Positions 42,080 to 54,413 of a DNA stretch of 64,000 nucleotides are shown one piece after another. Every line of letters begins with the position of its first letter. Positions within the stretch are counted from its first letter, which is position 1. Both the position numbers and the translations under genes were made by a program. The stretch spans positions 11,658,001-11,722,000 of the forward strand of contig CM075991.1 in NCBI GenBank assembly GCA_038087875.1, in the 5' to 3' direction. Below the pieces are notes generated by a model. The model was not told the origin of the DNA and did not search any database. It saw only the letters and a program-made list of their open reading frames with translations. This DNA comes from Malacoraja senta. Its lineage: Eukaryota.

Positions 42080-42655
42080 TACAGGGTCCTAGTGAGACCA
42101 CACCCAGAGTATTGTGTGCAGTTTTGGTCTCCAAATTTGAGGAAGGACATTCTTGCTATTGAGGGAGTGCAGCGTACGATCTCCAGGATAATTCCCGGGA
42201 TGGCAGAACTGTCATATGTTGATAGAATGGAGCGGCTAGGCTTGTATACTCTGGAATCTAGAAGGATGAGTGGGGATCTTATTGAAACATATAAGATTAT
42301 TAAAAGTTTGGACACGCTAGAGGCAGGAAACATGTTCCTGATGTTGGGAAAGTCCAGAACCAGGGGCCACAGTTTAAGAATAATGGGTAAGCAATTTAGA
42401 ATGGAGACGAGGAAGAACATTTTCACACAGAGGGTTGTGAATCTGTGGAATTCTCTGCCTCAGAAGGCAGTGGAGGAAAATTCTCTGGATACTTTCAAGA
42501 GAGAGTTAGATAGAGCTCTTAAAGATAGCGGAGTCAGGGGATATGGGGAGAAGTCAGGAACAGGGTGCTGATTGTGGATGATCAGCCATGATCACAGTGA
42601 ATGGCCCTGCTGGCTCAAAGGGCCGAATGGCCTACTCCTGCACCTAATGTCTATT
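42080..42655 (+). mobile_element. CR1/HER1-like LINE 3' fragment
   Basis: RPHPEYCVQFWSP...RVVNLWNSLP plus tail. Confidence 0.85.
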
Positions 42656-42727
42656 CAATACCCAGTAATATTAACTCTGCTGAGGTTAATCAAGCAATCA
42701 ATACACCACACCCTACGCCCCAGCAAT

Positions 42728-42930
42728 GGACACAAAATGCTGGAGGAACTCAGCAGGACAGGCAACATTTCTGGAGAGAAATGGGTGACGTTTCGGGTCG
42801 AGGTCTGAAGAAGGGTCTCGACCCGAAACGTCGCCCATTCCTTCTCTCCAGAGATGTTGCCTGTCCCGCTGAGTTCCTCCAGTATTTTGTGTCTATCCGG
42901 TTTAAACCAGAATCTGCAGTTCCTTCCCAC
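42728..42930. mobile_element. Inverted-pair PLE terminal repeat (similar structures near 19070-19270, 21900-22125, 29415-29550, 30262-30476)
   Basis: The left arm is the reverse complement of the right arm, which starts at the hammerhead-like core. Confidence 0.7.
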
Positions 42931-43565
42931 ACCCCAGCAAGATATATTACTGATTTAATCTCTACTGATATTAATCTAGCTCCCTTACTGTCCCAACTGC
43001 AACCTTGCTAACTCTGAGATCTCTAAATTTAACCAACTTGTTGACTGCAGGTTCTGCTTGTAGTTTAAAAAAAATACAGAGCTGAAAATGTACAAAAGCT
43101 CAGTCATAATCTGAAGCAGAGCAGATAAGTTTAACATCTTATGTGAAGTGCAGCATCTGAAGTTTGCTCCAAAATTAGCATCAAGCCTTTCTTTCAATCA
43201 GTCTTAGATTTTTTGCTGTTTAATGACAGTTTTTCGCAGCTCTGTCACAGATTGCATCTAGCCACAGGTCAATTACAAGCACACAGACCGTAATGCAATA
43301 AAAAGGGAGCTGTAAATGCCTGTTTATACCAAAGATAAACATAAAATGCTGTAACTCAGCGGCATCTCTGGAGAAAATGGAAGGTGACGTTTCGGGTCGA
43401 GACCCTTCATCAAACTCAATGCAGGACCTTAATGCAGCATGTTTGTGACACTTAAAGCTCTCCCAGAAGAGGCAGAGGAGTGAACGACTGATTGTGGCTC
43501 TGAAAAGAATTGTTAATACCTTCCCATTCCCTCCGAATGAACAAAACTACAGGTCCAGACCTCAC

Positions 43566-43690
43566 CTCAACGCTGAAATAGCCCCGATCCACATAATCGC
43601 CAAGGAATAGATACTGTGTGCTGCTGGGCGCTCCACCAATTTCAAACAGCTTCATCAAGTCAAAGAACTGGCCATGGATGTCACCACAAA
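43566..43690 (-). CDS. PPP3CC: PPP3CC exon 3 (GDIHG and GDYVDRG phosphatase motifs)
   Basis: [42 protein letters not shown]; 125 nt; canonical splice sites. Confidence 0.95.
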
Positions 43691-44355
43691 CTGAAGGGAA
43701 GAGAGAAAAAGTCAAGTGAGAGTTTGCTCTCCGAAGCGCACAAACCGCACGGCTGATCGGGGCTGCAGACAGCCTCCGAGGAGTGGAGAAATTGTGTCTG
43801 GGAGAAGGAAGAAAAGGATGGAGGGGGTTGATGTGTATGCAACTGAGAAGCTAGATGGCCAATGGGGACTGGGTTGCTGCAGGATTAAGGTGGCAGGGAG
43901 TGTAGTGCGGACCTGAGGGTTTGGGCTAGGGAGGGTTGCGTGGTAAAGAGAATGCGCGGTGCCAGGGAAATTGGGTGGTCAGTCTAGAGTCACTAGGTGC
44001 GAGGTGGTAGGTTGGGTCGAGTGATGGGGACGAGAGGTAGCGAGAGGGAGAGGTGTGAGGCGAAGGTCTGTGTGGTGAAATGGGGGCTGATGAGATGCAG
44101 TGTGACAGGTGAGGAGGCAGGAGCAGCAAAGCATGCTGGTTGGCAAGGAGGGAGGGCAGAAGAAGTGAGGTGTGGGTTAGAGAGGCAGCAATACCTCACG
44201 ACCTCTGTCCTCTCGCTTTGCCAACCCACATGCCTTGAGGCAAGAGTTGGCAAAGCAAGGGTGGTGAGGTGGGGAGGGGAGGGGTGCAATGAAGGCGAGC
44301 CGTGGGATGAGCAGCGGGAATGGTAAACCATTAGCTAGAGGTTGATGTTGCAGAC

Positions 44356-44553
44356 CTGTGACAGGTGCGTCCACCTCAATCAGTGTCCTTTCTTTGCGAA
44401 AGACAGCAGCTCCATCTTCTATGATCTTGATGGCAGCTTCCTCCTCCAGCCGCCCTTCTTTAATGAAATGTGCTTTGAGGATATCGAACCTGGGTTTGCC
44501 GTCAAAGTAAATATCCTGCAAGGTCAAGCGGCGAACTGGTGGTAAGGGAACAG
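44356..44553 (-). CDS. PPP3CC: Calcineurin A gamma exon 2 (AVPLPPVRRL...IEVDAPVT)
   Basis: ag/gt boundaries, 198 nt. GRLEEEAAIKIIEDGAA..IEVDAP and the one-residue-shorter F.GKP segment resemble PPP3CC more than PPP3CA. Synteny with SORBS3. Confidence 0.9.
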
Positions 44554-45835
44554 CTGGAAGAGAGTTACAACAGACCTTGACCAGTCCACAGTAAGAGATG
44601 CTACACACCAGCCCAAGTAACTGAGCAGACAGACAATTTTGCATTTATTAAAAGATTCAGTCAATTTCCCAGGATTGTCATCACACCCCTCACGATAACC
44701 TCTCAGGGTGTCAGGGGTTATGGGGAGAAGGCAGGCGAATGGGGTTAGGTGGGAGAGACAGATCAGCCATGATTGAATGGCGGAGTAGACTTGATGGGCC
44801 GAATGGTCTAATTCTGCTCCTATCACTTATGATAACCAGTGACTTTAGAATGTAGACTAACAGACTTTAAGAAGGAACTGCAGAAGCTGGAAAAATCGAA
44901 GGTATACAAAAATGCTGGAGAAACTCAGCAGGTGATGCAGCTTCTATGGAGCGAAGGAATAGGTGACGTCACCGATTCCTTCGCTCCACAGATGCTGCAT
45001 CACCCGCTGAGTTTCTCCAGCATTTTTGTCTACCTTTAATAATAACCAGGTAGTGATTTTGACCGGAGGGGTCTAATGTTAGCCACAATACTGATGAGGT
45101 CGACGCTACTTTTCTTCTTGTGTGACATGGGCTCCTCTGTGGAGAGCAGACACCTTGCTTTTGCATCCCATCTGAAAGGTCATGTTTTTCATTTCAGCAC
45201 TTTCTCAGCAGCACTTTCAACGGTGCTTTAATCCCATACTAATACTTGTACAGTGCTCCCTGAGTATTACGCTGAAGTGTAGACAAAGAATGTAGCATAT
45301 CAGCCAAGTGGTTGTGGAAAAGGATCGAAAATAGTCAAATGTTTCTGATCCTTCCCTAAAATTAAACCCTCACGTGAGGTTCAATTTTAGGAAGATGAAA
45401 AGGAATTCAAGTGAGATGGCTTCAAATGAAACCTGTCAATTAAAAACTAAAAGTGTTTAAGAAGGAACTGCAGATGCTGGAAAATCGAAGGTACACAAAA
45501 GTGCTGGAGAAACTCAGCGGGTGCAGCAGCATCTGTGGAGCGAAGGAAATAGGCAACGTTTCGGGCCGAAACCCTTCTTCAGACTAAAAGTGATCTTCAA
45601 GGGCAGTTTTGGTTTGAACACAGCGTTGTTCTGAATGAATGATCCTTTCAATGTGAAGTCTGCTGAGTAAGAGGAGTTCAGTGAGGTGGAGGCAACAGTG
45701 AGAAGGGACAAGAGGAGCAATGCAACTCTGACAAATTGGTAGAAGATGAAGGGAGGTCCTCCATGCAGATTTTAGGGAATGAAGAAAGAAGTTAAAAATA
45801 ATGTACCTCAATGGCATTAATCTCAAGATGATAAA

Positions 45836-46225
45836 CACAGAGTGCTGGAGTAACTCAGCAGGTCAGGCAGCATCTCTGGAGAACATGGATAGGTGACGTT
45901 TCACAGAGTGCTGGAGTAACTCAGCGGGTCAGGCAGCATCTGTGGAGAATATGGATCGGTGACGTTTCACAGAGTGCTGGAGTAACTCAGCGGGTCAGAC
46001 AGCATCTCTGGAGAACATGGATCGGTGACATTTCACAGAGTGCTGGAGTAACTCAGCAGGTCAGGCAGCATCTCTGGAGAATATGGGTAGGTGACGTTTC
46101 ACAGAGTGCTGGAGTAACTTAGCGGGTCAGACAGCATCTGTGGAGAATATGGATAGGTGACATTTCACAGAGTGCTGGAGTAACTCAACGGGTCAGGCAG
46201 CATCTCTGGAGAACATGGATAGGTA
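45836..46225 (-). repeat. 66-bp x6 tandem array derived from the PLE terminal repeat
   Basis: Units start at 45836, 45902, 45968, 46034, 46100 and 46166. Confidence 0.92.
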
Positions 46226-48989
46226 ATGTTTTGGGTCGGGAAGGGTCCTGACTCGAAATGTAACCTATCAAGTTCTCCAGAGAGGCTGCCTGATCTGCTG
46301 AGTTACTCCAGCATGGTGTATCTTTTGTTTTTCTACCTAGCATCTACAGTTCCTTGTGTCTCAATCTCAAGATTATACCTAGTTGTACGTGTTAATAATC
46401 ACAGAAATAGGATGATAGAATAAATGACTGCATGACTGGGGAGATGATACGGATATTTTATCCTCTGGTATTTTATTTTATTCTTCACATGTTTAAATTA
46501 TGTTTTGTTTTTAATTGTCTACTGTATATCGTGTTGTTATCCTTGCGAGCAAAGCACTAAGGCAAATTCCTTGTATGTATACATACTTGGCTAATAAAAT
46601 TTACTCAATTCAATTCAATAAACAGGTTAAATAGGTTATACCTCGATAGTGGGGTTTAGAAACATAGAAAATAGGTGCAGGAGTAGGCCATTTAGCCGTT
46701 CGAGCCAGCACCACCATTCAATGTGATCATGGCTGATCATCCAGAATCAGTACCCCGTTCCTGCCTTCTCCCCATATCCCTTGATTCTGTCGCCCTAAAA
46801 GCCATATCTAACTCTCTCTTGAATACATCCAGTGAATTGGCCTCCACTGCCACGCTTTTCAAGATGGTTTAAATAAACTTGGACCAGGGATAAAACCCAA
46901 GAAGAATATTAGGAGGGGAAGGAACAAGGCAGAAAAAATAGTTAGAAATGATGTAAACAAAATCAGTACGGTAGCAGTGGAAAAAGATAATTCTCTGGAA
47001 TTTTCTGCCCCAGATAGTGGTGGAGGCCGCATCATCAGATATATTTAAGGAGGAGATAGATAAATGCTTGAAAGATTGAGGAATTGAGGGATATGGGGAA
47101 CTAACATATGTTGAGGTCAGTAGAGATCAGCCATGGGGGTCTCCTGGTCTATTCCTGCTCCAATTTTCTTGTGCTCGTGACCCACTCAGTGTTTAGATAG
47201 AGACTTGACGTAGAGATATCAGCCTGGAGGGGAAGCTGACATTGCCACGATAATCAAATCAATTGATTAATAGTTTGCAGAAGGGTAGGGATCACTGTTG
47301 CTCAATAGTCCATAAGTTCACTTGCTGGGCCTGATGTCTAGATCTTTGATTGCCACCTTCATAATTACATCTATGTGCTGTGCCCACGACAGGTCATCTG
47401 AGATGCTAGTTCTCTTCACCATCAAGAAAAACTGGTACATTATCTCCTGTCTTATGCCACTCTATAATTCAAGCTGACATTCTTATCTCACTGTGAAGGC
47501 AGTGGAGTTGAGTCCTGTACAGCTTGGGTCAAATAGCCAAGTGAGCTTATTGCGTCTACCTTCAAGAAAACGGATGTCAATATAATTATAAAGGAGGAAT
47601 GGTAGCATGACAGAACCAGATACAGTAGGCAGAGGGGTGGCAACAAAGCTTCGACCTACTCACAAAGAAAAGTCATCTAGTCCAGCTCACAAGTAATTGG
47701 GGTGGCTATAATTCATGTCTTGGATTTGCTGCAGAGAATTTGAAAGTTGGACATGTCTAATTCTCAGTTCAATACAGGAAGAGAGATAAACTATCTACAG
47801 AGAAAGTCTAGAGATCTCAATCATTTAACTAAATTAGTTGCCATTTTGATGGAAATGTTTGAGCACTTGCTAACGCATAAAGATTTATTGCAGAAAAATA
47901 ATAAATAGAATGTCTAAGGGTCCCAGCCAGAAACATCACCTATCTGTGTTCTTCAGTGATGCTGCCTGACCTGCTGAGTTACTCCAGTGCTTTGTGTCTA
48001 TCAAAGATTTATTACAGCCTGTTTGATGAACATAATGGAGAGGTTTGAAATACGAACAGAAAGAGTTATCAATAATAGTGTGGTTTATATTGCGGATCCG
48101 GCTTCCATGAAGTGTTTGAAAGGACTGCCACTGCACCATCTTGTCAACAATAATATAGGCTGTCAGACTAAAGGGAGTGTGAATGTATATGCATACAACA
48201 GTGTGGAAGGCACTTGCAACGGTGAATGGGTGTTTTCTTGTAAGACCAGAAGGCTACATTCAATAATATCTTCTGGAATATCAGAACCATTGCCCATAGG
48301 TCAAAAAGGACATATGATACAATGCCCAGAACTATAGGAATAAATAAGGAAAATAAAAACGGATCTGACCAAACCAGTAGCAGTCTGGAAAAATAGCCAG
48401 TGGTAAATGAAATGAATTGTGAATAGCTATTTCTGTGCAGTGAGATTCTATAAAATACTTTGGGTACACAACTCTGCCGCTAATCTGTGTTTCTCTGCAA
48501 ATTGATAAAGAATGTGGAAATGAGGACAAGGAGAGTGGGGGAGTAAACTGAGGGAGGAGGTTGGAAGGGATGGAGAAGGGAGTGGGAGGAAGGGGTAGGG
48601 TTGAACAGGAGGTTGATCTAGAGGTGAAGGAGTTGTAAGGGGGAGTGGGTGTTGTCAAGTGGAAGGTGTCATATAGTGTTTTCAGGGGGCAACATGTTGG
48701 AGAGGTTTGTAGGACGTGGTTGTAAGAGCTTATGTGGAGAGGATTGCAGAGGGATTGTGTGAAAAAAGGGGAGGATTCGAGAAGGTGATCAGTGTAAGAT
48801 GATGCATAGGAATGGTTGTAAGAGAATAAGTAGATAAGGAAGAGTGGTAATGGAACGATGTAGGGGGGGATTATGGAGTGGTTCTGATGAGGTGGGGTGC
48901 TTTAGTGTGGAAAGAGTTAACTGGGGTAACGCAGGGTGGGGTGAGGACTCACACAGGGGGTTATGTGGTTGCAAGAAGGAGATTTGAGG

Positions 48990-51820
48990 GGAGTGGTTGC
49001 TGGGGAGCGATGTGGAGATGAGGGTGAGGGGATGTGGTTGAGGGTGAGGTTGTGCTGAGGGTGTGTTTGGGAGCAAGTGGCTGAGGGTGCGTGGATAGGG
49101 ATGGTTGAGCTGAGTATTTGGGTAGGGAGTATTTTTTTGAGGGGAGATGGCTGAGGGTAGGTGTTAAGGAGTTTATTGAGGGGGGGGAGATGCTGAGGGA
49201 GTGAGGTGACTGAGGATGTGAGAGGTGACAGGATGAGTGAGAGATGACTGAGGATAAGGGAGAGGGTGTTGAGGGAGAGGGGGTGGAGGAAGATGAGGGA
49301 CAGTGAGGGAGACGGGTTGAGGCTGAGGGAGAGGGGGTTGAGGATGAGGGAGAGGTGACTGCGGATGAGGGAGAGGGCGTTGAAGGAGAGGTGATGGAGG
49401 ATGGGGTTGAGGGTGAGGGGATTGAGAGTGTGGAGGGTTGAGGAGGGTGAGGGAAAATGGGAGTGTGAGGGAAAAGGGGAGGGGGGTTAGGGGAAGAGGT
49501 GATCGAGGATGAGGGAGAAGGGGTTGAGGTAGAGAAGGGAGAGGCCGTTGAAGGAGAGATGATGGAGGATGAGAGATGGGGTTGAGGGTTGGGGTGTGTG
49601 AGGGAGAGGGTGAGCAAAGGAGAGGGTGAGGGAGGGAGGTTGGGGGAGGGGGAGGGAGGGGGGGTTGAGGCAGGTTGAGGGGGTTGATGGAGGGTGAGGT
49701 GGAGAGAGAGAGGTGACGGAGGATGAGGGAGAGGGGTTGAGGCAGGGTGAAGGGGTGATGAAGGTTGAGGGTGATGGAGGTTGAGGGTGATGAGGGTTGA
49801 GGATGAGGGGGTAAGGACGAGGGGTTGAGGATGAGGGGGGTGAGGGTGAGGGGGTTGAGGATGAGGGGGTTGAGGGTGATGGGGGTGAGGATGAGAGGGT
49901 GAGGATGAGGGGGTGAGTATGAGGGGGTTGAGGGTGATGGAGGCGGAGGGTGATGGGGTTGAGGATGAGGGGTTGAGGATGAGGGGGGTGAGGGGGTTGA
50001 GGATGAGGGGGGTTGATGGTGATGGAGATTGAGGGTGATGGGGGTGAGAATGAGGGGGTGAATATAAGGGTGTTGAGGGTGATGGGGGTGAGGATGAGGG
50101 GGTGAGGGTGAGGGAGGTTGAGGATGAGGGGGTTGAGGGTGATGGGGTTGAGGGTGATGGGGTTGAGGGTGAGGGGGTGGAGGGTGATGGGGGTGAGGAT
50201 GAGAGGGTGAGGATGAGGGGGTTGCGGGTGATGGAGGTTGAGGGTGATGGGGTTGAGGATGAGGGGTTGAGGATCAGGTGGGTGAGGGGTTGAGGATGAG
50301 GGGGGTGAGGGGGATGAGGATGAGGGAGTTGATGGTGATGGAGATTGAGGGTGATAGGGGTGAGGATGAGGGGGTGAGTATGTGGGGGTTGAGGGTGATG
50401 GAGGTTGAGGATGAGGAGGTTGAGGGTGAGGGGGTTGAGGGAGATGGAGGATGAGGATGAGGGGGTGAGGATTTGGGGGATGAGGATGAGGGGGTGAGGC
50501 AGGGTGAAGGGGTGATGGAGGTTGAGGATGAGGGGGTTGAGGATGAGGGGGGTGAGGCAGGGTAATGGGGCGATGGAGGTTGAGGATGAGGGGGTTGAGG
50601 ATGAGGGGGGTGAGGCAGGGTGAAGGGGTGATGGAGGTTGAGGATGAGGGGGTTGAGGATGTGGGGGATGAGGGATGAGGATGAGGGGGGTGAGGATGAG
50701 GGGTTTGAGGATGTGGGGGATGAGGATGAGGGGGGTGAGGCAGGCTGGGTGAGGGGGTGATGGAGGTTGAGGATGAGGGGGTTGAGGGTGATGGAGATTG
50801 AGGATGAGGGGGTGAGTATGAGGGGATTGAGGATGATGGAGGTTGATGGTGATGGAGGTTGAGGATGAGGGGGTTGAGGATGAGGGGGGGTGAGGCGGGG
50901 TGAAGGGGTGATGGAGGTTGAGGATGAGGGGGGTGAGGATGAGGGGATTGAGGATGAGGGGGTTGATGGTGATGGAGATTGAGGATGAGGGGGTGAGGCA
51001 GGCTGGGTGAGGGGGGTGAGGATGAGGGGGGTGAGGATGAGGGGATTGAGGGTGATGGGGATGAGGGTGATGGAGATTGAGGATGAGGGGGTGAGGATGA
51101 GGGGGTGATGGAGATTGAGGATGAGGGGGTGAGGCAGGCTGGGTGAGGGGGGTGAGGGTGAGGGGGTGATGGAGATTGAGGATGAGGGGGTGAGGATGAG
51201 GGGGTGAGGGTGATGGAGATTGAGGATGAGGATGAGGGGGTGAGGGCAGGCTGAGTGAGGGGGTGATGGAGGTTGAGGGTGATGGAGATTGAGGGTGAGG
51301 GGTGAGGATGAGGGGGGTGAGGCAGGCTGGGTGAGGGGGTGAGGGTGAGGGGGTGATGGAGATTGAGGATGAGGGGGTGAGGCAGGCTGGGTGAGGGGGT
51401 GAGGGTGAGGGGGTGATGGAGATTGAGGATGAGGGGGTGAGGATGAGGGGGTGAGGCAGGCTGGGTGGGGGGTGATGGAGGTTGAGGATGAGGGGAATTG
51501 ACGGTGATGGGGATGAGGGTGATGGAGGTTGAGGGTGAGGATGAGGGGGTTGAGGCAGGCTGGGTGAGGGGGTGAGGATGAGGGGGTGATGGAGATTGAG
51601 GATGAGGGGGTGAGGCAGGCTGGGTGAGGGGGTGAGGTTGAGGATGAGGGGGTTGATGGTGATGGAGATTGAGGATGAGGGGTGATGGAGATTGAGGATG
51701 AGGGGATGAGGATGAGGGGGTGAGGCAGGCTGGGGTGAGGGGTGATGGAGATTGAGGATGAGGGGGTTGAGGATGAGGGGGCGGGTGAGGGGGTGATGGA
51801 GATTGAGGATGAGGGGGTGC
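48990..51820. repeat. G-rich low-complexity satellite (GAGGAT/GAGGGG/GATGGA units)
   Basis: The plus strand is almost devoid of C over ~2.8 kb. Confidence 0.92.
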
Positions 51821-52468
51821 CACCCCAAAACCCTCTCTCTAAGTATCACTTCTAATTGCTAAACAACTGTGGGTTTCTACTTTGGTTCTCTGTATAAATT
51901 AGGAGCAAATATCACGCAAGCTGGAGGTCAGACATGGGCATTAAATAGAAACTCTGGATGGAAGCATCTTAACCTTGATATCCAAGATCACTATTCCCAA
52001 AAAATCAATGTGGAACTCTGTGCCACAGTGTCAATACAGAGTTAGGACTTGGTCAAAGCCCACAAGCAATTGTTTCCATTTAAGGATGAGGTGGTTCCAA
52101 CCAGAATCATTTGAAGACACTTAACTCCAATCCTGGGCTCTAGAAAAAAAGGTACATTAATCACATTTCTATACAAGAGTTAATAACTCTCAAATCACTT
52201 CAGTATCAGACTGGGTGATTCTGGGCCAGATTTGAACACAAACTCAGTCGCTTAATGTGAATATTACAAAAAGCAGTCACTCATTTTGTCAAAAAATGAG
52301 AAATCAAGGAAGTCCTAATGCTAGAGATGTGACGGCAGAAGGCACCATCAATGCTCAGTTTTTGCTTACAAAAACTCCACGTGCTCGGCCTCGAGTCGGT
52401 GGGCCGGTGAACTCTCTTGTCCCAAGGCGAGCTTTGTTAAAGCCAGGAGTGGGTTCTTCCCGGCCTGC

Positions 52469-52668
52469 NNNNNNNNNNNNNNNNNNNNNNNNNNNNNNNN
52501 NNNNNNNNNNNNNNNNNNNNNNNNNNNNNNNNNNNNNNNNNNNNNNNNNNNNNNNNNNNNNNNNNNNNNNNNNNNNNNNNNNNNNNNNNNNNNNNNNNNN
52601 NNNNNNNNNNNNNNNNNNNNNNNNNNNNNNNNNNNNNNNNNNNNNNNNNNNNNNNNNNNNNNNNNNNN
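52469..52668. other. Assembly gap (200 N)
   Basis: Exactly 200 Ns, typical of an unsized scaffold join. Confidence 0.99.
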
Positions 52669-52991
52669 GCAGCGTCTCACAGGGGTCCGTTGTACAGCTG
52701 GGACAGACACACAGGGTACCGGAGTAACTCAGCTGGTCAGGCAACATCTCTGGGGAGCATGGGCAGGTGAAGACCCTTCCTCAGACGGGTTGGGGGGGAG
52801 GGGAGGGACGGGCAGCGAGGAAACCTGGGGACAAGTCAGGGGGCTGGCAAGGGGTGACCTCGGGCAGGGAGGTTCCCCCATGGGCTGATTGCTGGCTGGG
52901 GACGGGGGTGCGGAGCTGCGCTTGCACTGCGGGGGTCTTGACCGCGGGGGTCTTGACCATTGTGTCTTCACCACGAGGTCTCTCTCCACAG

Positions 52992-53052
52992 GACTGAATC
53001 CACTCTGCCCAACGGGGCTGCGTCCGACTCCTTTGTTGCACAGAGGTTCCAG
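52992..53052 (+). CDS. PDLIM2: PDLIM2 exon immediately after the PDZ domain
   Basis: (R)TESTLPNGAASDSFVAQRFQ, compared with mammalian RSQATSPGQTNGDSSLEVLATRFQ; cag/gtcag. Confidence 0.75.
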
Positions 53053-53363
53053 GTCAGACCCTGGGGTGGGGAGGGGGGGGATGGGAGTGGATGGAGGGTG
53101 AAGGGGGGGGGGGGTTATGGGACGAGGGGAAGATTGTGGCTGTGGGAATGTGTGTGGGGGGGGCGGGGGATGAGGGCGAGTTTGGAGGACGGGGAGGAGG
53201 GGCGGGATGGTTCGGGAATGGGGTAGGTAGGGGAGGGGTGGGGCGGGATGGTGTTGGGCGGGGGGGTATATAGGGGGAGGTGTGGTGTTGGGCGGGGAAT
53301 GGTGGGGGGGGGAGGGGAGGGTAGCCTTGACTGACCGCTAATCACACCCCCCCTCTCCTGCAG

Positions 53364-53491
53364 ACGGTCCTCCACTTGAATGAGAGTGAGAGCGGGGAGG
53401 TGGCAGCCAATGGATCTGGGACAGAGGGTGGGGGTCGAGCAAACTCACCCCCCGCCCTGCCCCACCCCCCCACCCACAGCTCGGGCCGCAG
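53364..53491 (+). CDS. PDLIM2: PDLIM2 linker exon
   Basis: TVLHLNESESGEV...THSSGR; canonical sites; phase 0 to 2. Confidence 0.65.
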
Positions 53492-53565
53492 GTCAGTGAT
53501 GCTGGGGGGGGGGGTGAGGTTTAGTTTGCTTTGGTTTTTAGTTTCCCCTGAGTTTTAGTTGATGG

Positions 53566-53816
53566 CAGACACAAAGCTGGAGTAACTCAGCGGGACAGGC
53601 AGCATCTCTGGAGAGAAGGAACGGGTGACGATTCGGGTCGAGACCCTTCTTCAGACTGATGTCAGGGGTGGGGACGGGACAAAGATGGAATGTGGTCGGA
53701 GACAGTAAGACTAGTGGGAGAACTGGAAGGGGATGGAGACAGACAGCGGGCTACTTGAAGTTGGAGAAGTCAATGTTCATACCGCTGGGGTGTAAACTAC
53801 CCAAGCGAAATATGAG
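53566..53816 (-). mobile_element. Penelope-like element 3' end
   Basis: LIFRLGSLHPSGMNIDFSNFK* at 53751-53816, followed by the same terminal repeat with a mutated hammerhead core. Confidence 0.7.
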
Positions 53817-53993
53817 GGGTGGGTCAGAGCAGCCTCTTCCCACGAGGGTGGTGGGTGTGCGGAAGGAGCTTCCAGAGGACGTAGTTGAGGCAGGGACTAT
53901 AAACAGCCTTTAAGAGACACAAAAGACACTCGTGTAGGAAGGAACAGCAGATGCCGGTTTAAACCGAAGATAGACACATACTTTGTGTTTCAG

Positions 53994-54072
53994 GCCCGTG
54001 TCCCCGAACCCCAGCCCGTGGAAACCGAGAGAGAGGAGTCTGTCTCCTGCAGTGTCGGGGCTCAGCGTGAAG
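53994..54072 (+). CDS. PDLIM2: PDLIM2 linker exon (PVSPNPSPWKPRERSLSPAVSGLSVK)
   Basis: tttcag acceptor, AAG|gtgaag donor. Phase 2 to 0, which is needed to join the flanking exons in frame. Confidence 0.5.
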
Positions 54073-54413
54073 GTGAAGGCACCCTAGGGTGGGCGAGTGG
54101 TGGTCGCATGGGTGCTGGTGGAGGGGGGGGGGGTGTCCTGGGGTTTAGGTGATGGGACCCCAGGGCGGGGATTGGTGCTGGAGGGGTATCCCTAGGGTGG
54201 GTGGGGGGGGGGGGGCATGTGATTTGGGTCTGGGGGGTGGGGATAGGGGGTCAGAGTGTGGGATTGGGGCGAGGGGGTTGGGATTTGGGGTTCAGGGAGT
54301 GGGTTTCGGGGGTCGAGATTGTGGGCGGGGTGAGCTGGACGGAGCAGGCGCTGACCCTTGCTAACCTCTGACCTCTCTAGACGCGGCCACCCTCGGTCTC
54401 TCCTTCCCCCCAG

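Noticed and set aside
45836..46225. CRISPR-like regular repeats (also 19912-20148, 779-1055)
   Set aside because: Head-to-tail units without unique spacers, no cas genes, eukaryotic context.
48961..51849. 962-aa and 778-aa Pro/Ser/His-rich ORFs
   Set aside because: Products of a C-rich low-complexity strand that rarely forms stop codons; intronic, with no domain features.
52257..52747. ORFs spanning the N run
   Set aside because: Artefacts of the gap; no PPP3CC exon 1 or PDZ similarity.
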